Shown here: piece after piece, positions 48,729 through 56,874 of the stretch
Numbering within the stretch: position 1 is the stretch's first letter
Layout of the letters: the number at the start of each line of letters is the position of its first letter
Assembly: GCA_041891055.1 (NCBI GenBank)
Contig: CP169074.1
Coordinates: 1,728,001 to 1,792,000 of the forward strand
DNA from: Halorutilales archaeon Cl-col2-1
GTDB lineage: Archaea; Halobacteriota; Halobacteria; Halobacteriales; Afararchaeaceae
Length of the DNA: 64,000 nt
Direction of reading: 5' to 3'
The notes under the pieces: model-generated
Database searches by the model: none
Seen by the model: only the letters and a program-made list of their open reading frames with translations
Told to the model about the DNA's origin: nothing
Position numbers and translations under genes: made by a program

Positions 48729-49727
48729 CTATTCGAGGTCTTCGACGCGTCTTCCCGCGTTCTGGATCATCTCTATGTCTTCCTGAGCGTTCTGTCCCTC
48801 AGTCGTGAGGTAGTCGCCTATTAGGAGACCGTTGGCTCCCGATTCGAGTATCTCGGGCTGTCTGTCCTTGAGGTTCTCCTCGCGCCCTCCGGTGATCCGT
48901 ATCACCTTCTCGGGCATCATGAACCGGTAGATGGAGACCGACCGGAGTATCTCGTCGACGGTGATCTTCGAGTACGACTCGAACGGCGTTCCGGGTACGG
49001 GATTGAGTATGTTGACAGGTATCGAGTCGACATCGAGCCTCCTAAGCTCGGAAGCCGCCTCTATCCTGTGCTCCATCTCCTCACCCATTCCGAATATCAC
49101 TCCGACACACGTCTTGAGACCGACCTCCTGTGCGATCTGAATAGTCCTGACCCTGTCGTCGTAGTCGTGTGTGGATATGACCTCGTCGAAGTACGACGGC
49201 GCGGTCTCTATGTTGTGGTTGTAATGCTGAAGACCCGCCTCTGCGAGATCCTCCGCCTCCTCGCGCGTGAGAACTCCGAGGGAGCCGTCGGGTTCTACGT
49301 CTGTCTCGTCCCTGATGAGACGTATCGACTCTAAGACCTTCTCGAACTCGTCGGGGCGTTTCTGCTTGTCGATTCCGCGCTCGGCGACCACGATACCAAA
49401 CCTGTTCGAGCCGTCTTCCTCTGCCCTCTTCGCGGCTTCGAGTATCTCCTCGGGGTCGAGGTAGTCGTACTCGTCGACGCCCGTGTCGTAATGGTTCGAC
49501 TGGGCACAGAAGCCACAGTCCTCGGCACATCCGCCGCTCTTGGCGTTGATGATAGAGCACGTATCGACGCCGTCGCCCATATTCGACTCACGTATCTCGT
49601 CGGCGGCGTCAACGAGGGGTTCGAGGGGAGCGTCGGCGAGACGGAGAGCCTCTTCCTCCGAGACTCCCTCACCCCTCAGAGCCTTCGTCTTCAGATGACC
49701 TATCTCCTCAGCTAACTCGTTAACCAT
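48729..49727 (-). CDS. bioB: Biotin synthase
   Basis: Radical SAM motif CAEDCGFCAQS, plus YNHNIET and GANGLLIGDYLTT. Confidence 0.95.
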   Translation of the reverse strand: MVNELAEEIGHLKTKALRGEGVSEEEALRLADAPLEPLVDAADEIRESNMGDGVDTCSIINAKSGGCAEDCGFCAQSNHYDTGVDEYDYLDPEEILEAAKRAEEDGSNRFGIVVAERGIDKQKRPDEFEKVLESIRLIRDETDVEPDGSLGVLTREEAEDLAEAGLQHYNHNIETAPSYFDEVISTHDYDDRVRTIQIAQEVGLKTCVGVIFGMGEEMEHRIEAASELRRLDVDSIPVNILNPVPGTPFESYSKITVDEILRSVSIYRFMMPEKVIRITGGREENLKDRQPEILESGANGLLIGDYLTTEGQNAQEDIEMIQNAGRRVEDLE

Positions 49728-49746
49728 GCAGACGAGCTTGGTTGAC
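49719..49746. promoter_or_regulatory. BirA-type operator overlapping the bioB start
   Basis: GTTAAC-N16-GTTGAC, lying between the minus-strand TATA-like box (about 49752-49761) and the bioB ATG, which it overlaps. Confidence 0.65.
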
Positions 49747-49997
49747 GAGATAGTATAATACTTATGGTAGTTGATTATAGTCTCACCCTCTCAGCCGGCT
49801 GTCTGTCTGTGACTTACCTTTTCGTAAGGTTAATTTTACTTCGGCAACTTCTAACAGTTGACACACGCTCCCGCAGCCAGCCCATCCTTCTGATCCGAGT
49901 GTGTGTCACGACACGCCCATGTCACCACGTCCACATCCAGTCTATTTTTGACCGAAACACGAAAGGAGTTAGACACGGAATCCGTACCCAGAGCCGG

Positions 49998-51584
49998 ATG
50001 GACGACTCGTCTGACATAGACACCGGGAGTCTGAGACCGAGAGAGTTAGCCAAGGTCGTTGTTCGTGTGTGGCGTGAGAGAGGACACAGAGCCGCTGTCA
50101 AGACACACGACTCCGACGTATTCGTCGTCACGAGAAGCCGATCCGAGTCATACCCAGACTCCGGGTACGATCGTCTTATCTTGGTCAAGACGTCGGGTAG
50201 CTTCGGTCAAGACGACGCCGAGTACCTACTCAGGACTGCGTCGCGAGCAAATGCGTCTAAGGCTTACGTCGTCCACACCGACACTGTCGAATTACTCGTC
50301 GACACCGACGACATACAGTTCGTTCCCGCGCGGCGTCTGTTGGACGAAGTCGACCCCGACGACGTGACAGATCTCAGCGCGGATGACTCCATACTTATCG
50401 ACAGACGCCGACTCCTCCTCGCAGCAGCCACAGTAGCGGGTCTCGGGATTGGAGTTACTCTCGTACTCAACCTCTTAAACTCCCCGAATGAGGTAAATCC
50501 TGGCTCGACGTCTTCCGGGACAGTCCCATCGGATGATCCGTCGGCGTGGTCACAGTTCCAGCACGACGCCGCGAACACGGGATACATCTCCTACGGTACC
50601 GAGGACAGTCTTACGGATACGTGGAGTTACCCGACCCGGGGCTCCCTCGTCTCGTCGCCCGCAGTCGCCGACGGTAGAGTCTTCTTCGGAAGTAAAGACG
50701 GAAGCCTCTACGCCGTAGACTCCGAGACGTCTGAGACGGCTTGGAGTTACAGTACTCGGGCTGGGATTGCCTCGTCGCCCGCAGCCGTCGGCGATCGAGT
50801 CTATGTCGGGAGCAATGACGGAAGTCTCTACGCAGTCGACGCCGAGTCGGGCGACCGAATCTGGGAACACTCCACGGACGGAGGCGTCGTCTCGTCACCC
50901 GCAGTCGTCGGAGGAACTGTCTTCTTCGGAAGCAGGGACGCGAGTCTCTACGCAGTCGACGCCGAGTCAGGCGACCGTCTCTGGAGCTACGAGACGGGGT
51001 TCGACGTCGTCTCGTCACCCGCAGTCGTCGGAGGAACTGTCTTCTTCGGAAGTAGGGACGCGAGTCTCTATGCAGTCGACGCCGAGTCGGGCGACCGTCT
51101 CTGGAGATACGAGACCGGAGAGCCCGTCAACTCGTCTCCGGCAGCTGTCGACGGCACTGTCTACTTCGGGGGTCTCGACTCGAACCTCTACGCAGTCGAC
51201 GCTGATACGGGCGAGGAGACCTGGAGAAAATCGACAGATGGTCAGATCAGATCCTCGCCGGCTGTCGATGTCGAGGATGACAGGATATACGTCTCTTCTC
51301 TCGACCGACGTCTCTACTGTCTGACCTTGGACGGTGACGAGGTCTGGACCTACGACGCCCGAAGCCAGATGAGACCTTCTCCAGCCGTCACACGTAACAC
51401 CGTCTATGTCGGCGACTCCGACGGTGTGCTACACGCCGTCGACGCCGAGTCGGGGGATCGAGTTACGACACATTCACTTGGCGAAAGGATAATTTCATCT
51501 CCCGCTGTTGTTGAGGGCTCGCTCTATGTCGGGGACGACTCCGGCGAGCTACATTCTCTCGGACTCGTGGAGACTGACGGCTGA
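49998..51584 (+). CDS. Membrane-anchored PQQ-like beta-propeller protein with N-terminal Mrr-like domain
   Basis: TM helix after DRRRLLL and about 8 repeats of SSPAVxxGxVxxGxxDxxLYAVDAxSG. Start trimmed to ATG 49998. Confidence 0.8.
   Translation: MDDSSDIDTGSLRPRELAKVVVRVWRERGHRAAVKTHDSDVFVVTRSRSESYPDSGYDRLILVKTSGSFGQDDAEYLLRTASRANASKAYVVHTDTVELLVDTDDIQFVPARRLLDEVDPDDVTDLSADDSILIDRRRLLLAAATVAGLGIGVTLVLNLLNSPNEVNPGSTSSGTVPSDDPSAWSQFQHDAANTGYISYGTEDSLTDTWSYPTRGSLVSSPAVADGRVFFGSKDGSLYAVDSETSETAWSYSTRAGIASSPAAVGDRVYVGSNDGSLYAVDAESGDRIWEHSTDGGVVSSPAVVGGTVFFGSRDASLYAVDAESGDRLWSYETGFDVVSSPAVVGGTVFFGSRDASLYAVDAESGDRLWRYETGEPVNSSPAAVDGTVYFGGLDSNLYAVDADTGEETWRKSTDGQIRSSPAVDVEDDRIYVSSLDRRLYCLTLDGDEVWTYDARSQMRPSPAVTRNTVYVGDSDGVLHAVDAESGDRVTTHSLGERIISSPAVVEGSLYVGDDSGELHSLGLVETDG
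50826..51105 (+). repeat. 120-bp intragenic tandem repeats encoding propeller blades
   Basis: Near-identical units at about 50886-50986 and 51006-51105. Confidence 0.8.
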
Positions 51585-51617
51585 CTCAGCCCCAGCCCCT
51601 TTCTCTAAGCGGAAGGA

Positions 51618-51639
51618 ATTTTTTGGTTTACCAAAAAAT
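51618..51639. promoter_or_regulatory. 9-4-9 palindrome upstream of the ZIP transporter (candidate metal-regulator operator, or terminator)
   Basis: ATTTTTTGG-TTTA-CCAAAAAAT, followed by a related half-site ATTTTTAGG. Confidence 0.55.
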
Positions 51640-51683
51640 CCTTGGCAATTTTTAGGTAGCTGGAGAACATACGGATTACTGAG

Positions 51684-52481
51684 ATGGGACTGATAGCCAA
51701 CCTCAGCCTGGTCTTCGTAGCCGGGTTCATTACGGCGTTAGCCACAGGCGTAGGAGCGCTCCCTTTCTTCATATTCGACGAGATAGAGGATCGGTGGAAC
51801 GTCGTCCTCTGGGGACTCGCCTCGGGGATCATGGTATCTGCGTCCGTCTTCGGTCTCGTCGAGGAGGGTCTGAACGAGGGAACTGTCTGGGAGATACTCC
51901 CCGGAGTCGGAGTCGGTATCCTCCTCGTCGTCGTTAGCCACCATTTCATAGTCAACGCCGACGTCGACCCGCGTGAGTACGAGGAGGCTGACTTCAAGAA
52001 GCTTCTCATCATACTCGGAATACTCACCGTACACAGCTTTCCCGAGGGAGTCGCGGTCGGTGTCTCTTTCGCTGACCTCAACCTCGGTGTCGGGCCCGAG
52101 ATCCTCGGTTTCACAGTTCCCGCCCTCGCTGTCTTCATGACTCTCGCTATCTCGATACACAACGTCCCAGAGGGAACCGCGGTGGCGATACCCCTTAAGA
52201 CGATGGGTGTCTCGAAATGGAAGATGGTCTGGTGGGCTGTATTCTCAAGCCTTCCCCAGCCGATAGGTGCTGTGATAGCATTCGCCTTCGTCCGTATCGC
52301 GCGTGAGTTCCTGCCGTTCGGCTTCGGCTTCGCGGCGGGTGCGATGGTCTTCCTCGTACTCACTGAGTTCATACCCGAAGCTCTCGAAACCGGCGAGGAC
52401 CTCCCTAGAGGCGGAAAGGTCGAGTTACTCTCAGGGATCGCCCTCGGAGTCCTCATAATGCTTCCCCTCAACATGGTCTGA
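51684..52481 (+). CDS. ZIP family (GufA/ZupT) metal transporter
   Basis: Motifs TVHSFPEG and SIHNVPEG, multi-TM. Confidence 0.9.
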   Translation: MGLIANLSLVFVAGFITALATGVGALPFFIFDEIEDRWNVVLWGLASGIMVSASVFGLVEEGLNEGTVWEILPGVGVGILLVVVSHHFIVNADVDPREYEEADFKKLLIILGILTVHSFPEGVAVGVSFADLNLGVGPEILGFTVPALAVFMTLAISIHNVPEGTAVAIPLKTMGVSKWKMVWWAVFSSLPQPIGAVIAFAFVRIAREFLPFGFGFAAGAMVFLVLTEFIPEALETGEDLPRGGKVELLSGIALGVLIMLPLNMV

Positions 52482-52544
52482 TCATCCCAACCCAAGACTT
52501 AGTACCGTAGGCGACTAATCCGGACTCGGACTAATTAGACACAG

Positions 52545-53852
52545 ATGTTTGACCGCCTTCTAGATATCTTCGGGAGCGAGGAAGACCAAGCCCTCGAAAC
52601 CACATACTCCGACGCAGCCGACGACTTCAGGACTCTCCGGGAAGACGATATAAAGAAAGCAAAGGACGAGTACGCACGTCTCAGGGATGAGATCGAGGAC
52701 ACACTCGTGAGACTCGACGACGAACTCGCGGAGATGCAAGGACAGAGCTACGATGAGTCGGTTATCGAGGACGTCATGCAGAATGTCTTGAGACAGAGAC
52801 GCGGACTGATAGACAGCGTCGATGTCTCAGATTCGGCTTCTGAGGACGGGACACGACCCAGCCCACGTCCTCGTGATCTGCGCGCCGAACTCGCCGACTT
52901 CATAGACGGCTTCCGTGACATGAACCGGAAGGAGATGGCTGTCATCAACGAGGTCGACCTTCCCGAGGGATTCTACTCAAGACTCGAGGAGATAGAGGAG
53001 TACTACGAGAAGCTCGGCGAACTCGTCGAGTCGGAGTTCTCGGCTGTCGAGACCTATGAGTCGCTAGACGACGCCGTCGAGAGACGCACCTCCCTTATCG
53101 ACGAGGCCGAGGAGCTCCGTGGTGAGATAGACGATCTTGGGATCGAGGAAGATGAGGACGAGATACAGAGTAGACGTCAGAGGATAGACGAGTTAGAGGG
53201 TTCGGAGGACTGGGAGGATCTCCAGGAACTCAGGCAAGATCTCCAGGATCTCAGAGACGAGATAGACGCCGAAACCTCGGCACTCTCGAAGGCTGCCTCC
53301 GACGCGAACAGGGGTCTCAAGAAACTCCTCTACGAAGCCGAGAACTCCGACCTGTCATTCGCCTCCAACGTCGACACACGCGTCCTTCAGAGGCTCCGCG
53401 ACTCGGAGGTTTCGGATCTTCTCGACATCCAGCCCGCGACTGTCGAGGAGACCGTCGAGAGTCTCAGACGTGACCTCGAAGACGGCTTCGGCTCCGATGT
53501 TCTCGGGGAAAAGGGGACTCAGAAGCTGATCGACGCGTTGAGTGTCTTCGAGAACTTCTCCGAGACTGTCGAGACCATCGAGTCTGCGCGTGAGAGAGCC
53601 GATGAGATCGAGGAGAGGATTGAGGATCACGAGGTACGTGAGGAGAGGCGACGTCTCGAAGACGAGATCGAGAACCTCGAACGCACTGTCGAGAGGAAAC
53701 GTGAGACGCGCGAGTCTCTACGTGACCGTGTCGACGAGAAACACGACGAGATCGCCGAGGTCGAGGACAGGATAAGGAACATACTTGAGTCCGAGGCTGA
53801 CCGCGAAGTCGTACTCGAAGACGAGTACACTGACGGAGACAGGGAGGAATAG
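52545..53852 (+). CDS. Acidic coiled-coil hypothetical protein
   Basis: Long E/D/R heptad stretches with no Walker motifs. Confidence 0.75.
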   Translation: MFDRLLDIFGSEEDQALETTYSDAADDFRTLREDDIKKAKDEYARLRDEIEDTLVRLDDELAEMQGQSYDESVIEDVMQNVLRQRRGLIDSVDVSDSASEDGTRPSPRPRDLRAELADFIDGFRDMNRKEMAVINEVDLPEGFYSRLEEIEEYYEKLGELVESEFSAVETYESLDDAVERRTSLIDEAEELRGEIDDLGIEEDEDEIQSRRQRIDELEGSEDWEDLQELRQDLQDLRDEIDAETSALSKAASDANRGLKKLLYEAENSDLSFASNVDTRVLQRLRDSEVSDLLDIQPATVEETVESLRRDLEDGFGSDVLGEKGTQKLIDALSVFENFSETVETIESARERADEIEERIEDHEVREERRRLEDEIENLERTVERKRETRESLRDRVDEKHDEIAEVEDRIRNILESEADREVVLEDEYTDGDREE

Positions 53853-53853
53853 T

Positions 53854-56181
53854 ATGCACGAGGGACATATCACCGAGGACGAGAGGTACATAGAAGCCTT
53901 CCTCGACGCATTCGACGACTTGCTCTACACACACACAGCCGACGGCGAACTTCTCGACTGGAACGGGGCAGTCAACGAGGTCACGGGCTACTCCGACGAT
54001 GAGATAGAGGAGATGAACGCTCTCGACTTCTTCGACGGCGAAGACAGGCAGACGATACGTGACGGGATCGAGGAGGCTGTCGAGACGGGAGACGCGAGGA
54101 GAGAGGCTAAAATCACTACTAAACACGGCGATGAGATTCCCTACGACTTCAGGGCTAAGGCGGTGAGTGAGTCCGACGACATAGTCATAGGCATAGGAAG
54201 GGGCGTCTCGGAGGCGAAGGACCGCGAGCACGAACTCGTCGAAGAGAGGGAGTACACCCGGCGTATACTCGATGCTGTCGACGACGTCTTCTACATACTC
54301 GACTCCGAAGGCGACGTCTCGCGGTGGAACGAGAGCTTCTTGGAGGTCACGGGGTACACGGAAGAAGAGATAGAGGGGATGAACGCAGTCGAGTTCTTCG
54401 AGGGCGAAGACAGGCACAGAATACGTGAGGTGGTCGACGAGATACTCGAAACCGGCAGCCGGAAGATCGAGGCGGATCTCGTGACTAAGCACGGCGACGG
54501 GATTTCCTATGAGTTCGTCGCCAACAGACTCGAAGACCCCGACGGAAACACAGTAATCGCTGGGATAGGGAGGGATATCACCGAACGCAGTGAGTATGAG
54601 GAGGAGCTAGAGAGGACGCGTGACCGTCTTGAGGAGGCACAGAGGGTTGCGGGCATGGGACACTGGTTATCTGACTTCGAGGATATCGACTGGTCAGACG
54701 AGGTATACAGGATATTTGGTGTCGACAAGGACGGCTTCGACCCGACACACGAAAGCTGGCTCGAACTCGTGCATCCCGACGACCGCGAAAGGGTAGAGAA
54801 GGCTTTCGAGGAGGCTCTCGAAAAAGACAATTACGACATAGATCACCGTATAATACGTCCTGACGGAGAGGTACGTGTAGTCCACGAGAGGGGCGACGTA
54901 CAGTACGAGGACGGTGAGCCCGTACGTATGCTCGGAACCGTGCAGGACGTCACGCGTGAGAGACGTATCAGGAGCCTACTCAACTCTATAAGGGATATAG
55001 CCCAGGCTGTTCTCGAAGCCGAGACAGCCGAGGAGGTCTACGGTTCGACTATGGAGGTTCTGTCTACGAGGAACGACTTAGGACACGACTACGCCTGTAC
55101 GTCGATAGGCGTCTTCGGTGACGACGGACACGAGGTCGAGGATATATATGACGCAGGAGAGATAGCCGACAACGCCGAAGACTGTGATGCGAGGTGGCGC
55201 GACGTCTATACCCGTGACTACGTAGACGAGGTCTTTGAGAAAGATGTCCTCGTCATAGATGACGTCACACAGCCGCCGTACCAGCAACACGAGAGGTCGA
55301 AGACACCCGTTCACGGTGCTGTCTCGGTACCCCTGAGACACAGAGGTGACGAGTACGGTATTATGACACTCCATCTCCCGCCCGACTCCGACTCCGACGT
55401 AGGAGACGACGACAGAGGCGTCTCGGAGGAGGTGACACGTCTCGTAGAGGAGATGGCTCACGACGTCTCTCTCGGTGTCTACTCGGTTGTGGCTGAGGAA
55501 AGGCTCGAACGTGAGAGGGACGAGCTAGCCCTGCTCAACCGGATAGTGAGACATGACATACGTAACGACATGAACCTCGTCTTAGGCTGGGGGGATATAC
55601 TCAGGGAACACGTCGACGACGACGGCGAGGAGTACCTCGACACTGTTCTCGACACGAGCCGTCACGTCGTCGATCTCACGAAGACGGCGAGGGACTACGT
55701 CGAGTCAATCGATATGGACGACGAGGTCGATGTAGAGCCGATCAGTCTTCGTGAGACTCTGGAGAAGTCGGTCGAAAAGAGACGTGAGACCTATCCCGGA
55801 GCCGAGTTTGTCGTCGAAGAAATCCCCGATGTCGAAGTCAAGGCGAACGATCTACTCTCGACTATCTTCAGGAATATACTCAACAACGCAGTACACCACA
55901 GCGACGCCGAAGTTCCGAGGATCGAGGTTTCAGCAGAGGAGGGAGACGGCGAAGTAGTAGTCTCTGTCGCCGACAACGGCTCCGGGATACCCGACGACCG
56001 GAAGGACGAGATCTTCGGAAAGGGCGAGAGGGGACTCGAAAGTGAGGGAACCGGAGTCGGTCTCTACCTCGTGAAGACACTCGTTGAGGGCTACGGCGGT
56101 GAGGTCTGGGTCGAGGACTCCGACCTCGGCGGTGCCGACTTCAAGGTCAGGCTCAGAATCACAGAGACTTCCCTCAGCTAA
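53854..56181 (+). CDS. PAS/PAS/PAS/GAF sensor histidine kinase
   Basis: PAS repeats, H-box RHDIRNDM, N-box NILNNAVHH and G-boxes DNGSGI and GTGVGL. Confidence 0.9.
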   Translation: MHEGHITEDERYIEAFLDAFDDLLYTHTADGELLDWNGAVNEVTGYSDDEIEEMNALDFFDGEDRQTIRDGIEEAVETGDARREAKITTKHGDEIPYDFRAKAVSESDDIVIGIGRGVSEAKDREHELVEEREYTRRILDAVDDVFYILDSEGDVSRWNESFLEVTGYTEEEIEGMNAVEFFEGEDRHRIREVVDEILETGSRKIEADLVTKHGDGISYEFVANRLEDPDGNTVIAGIGRDITERSEYEEELERTRDRLEEAQRVAGMGHWLSDFEDIDWSDEVYRIFGVDKDGFDPTHESWLELVHPDDRERVEKAFEEALEKDNYDIDHRIIRPDGEVRVVHERGDVQYEDGEPVRMLGTVQDVTRERRIRSLLNSIRDIAQAVLEAETAEEVYGSTMEVLSTRNDLGHDYACTSIGVFGDDGHEVEDIYDAGEIADNAEDCDARWRDVYTRDYVDEVFEKDVLVIDDVTQPPYQQHERSKTPVHGAVSVPLRHRGDEYGIMTLHLPPDSDSDVGDDDRGVSEEVTRLVEEMAHDVSLGVYSVVAEERLERERDELALLNRIVRHDIRNDMNLVLGWGDILREHVDDDGEEYLDTVLDTSRHVVDLTKTARDYVESIDMDDEVDVEPISLRETLEKSVEKRRETYPGAEFVVEEIPDVEVKANDLLSTIFRNILNNAVHHSDAEVPRIEVSAEEGDGEVVVSVADNGSGIPDDRKDEIFGKGERGLESEGTGVGLYLVKTLVEGYGGEVWVEDSDLGGADFKVRLRITETSLS

Positions 56182-56243
56182 TATCATGATATTTATAGAT
56201 TAAAGATAAATTTAATACAATACGTAGGTAATATTATAAATGT

Positions 56244-56756
56244 GTGACACAGATCGAACTTTCATCGAGTCAGTACCGTATACTTTCGTCGCTCGTGAGC
56301 CTCCACAGGGCGCGCGGTGAGCCTGTCAAGGGAAAGGAGATAGCCGAGGCGGTCGACAGAAACCCCGGGACTATACGTAATAAGATGCAGTCTCTCAAGG
56401 ATCTGAGCCTCGTCGAGGGCGTCGTGGGTCCCAATGGGGGGTACAAGCCGACCCAAGACGCCTACGAACTCCTCGAACTCGACGAGTCGGGCGACCTCAA
56501 CAGCCTGCCTCTTCTCAGAAACGGCTACCCCGTTGAGGGCGCGACTGTCGCCGAGATCGATCTCAAGAGCGTACACCATCCGACCCTCTGTCGAGCCGAG
56601 ATGAACATAAAGGGCGACATACACGAGTTCCACGAGAACGATAAGATAAAGATAGGTCCGACTATCTACGGCTTCATAATCTACGGAACCGTCGACATCA
56701 AGGACGACGACAGCCGTAGGATAGTAGTCGGAGTCGACGAGATGAAGGTCGTCTGA
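56244..56756 (+). CDS. Winged-HTH transcriptional regulator (COG2524 N-terminal-like, no CBS domains)
   Basis: VKGKEIAEAVDRNPGTIRNKMQSLKDLSLVEGVVGPNGGYKPT. Confidence 0.8.
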   Translation: MTQIELSSSQYRILSSLVSLHRARGEPVKGKEIAEAVDRNPGTIRNKMQSLKDLSLVEGVVGPNGGYKPTQDAYELLELDESGDLNSLPLLRNGYPVEGATVAEIDLKSVHHPTLCRAEMNIKGDIHEFHENDKIKIGPTIYGFIIYGTVDIKDDDSRRIVVGVDEMKVV

Positions 56757-56874
56757 GATCCACTCGTCGTCGACATCTTGGATTTTTCCGGTCTTTTCTA
56801 CTTATTAGAAAAGGTTTAAAATAGCCAAGGACTAGTGTGTCTTAGACTTGACCGCCGTTCGATCCGAGTAAATA

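Noticed and set aside
50826-51105. 120-bp repeats as a CRISPR array or non-coding repeat
   Set aside because: They are in-frame coding repeats of beta-propeller blades.
52545-53852. SMC/Rad50-like ATPase
   Set aside because: It is coiled coil only, with no Walker A/B or signature motif.
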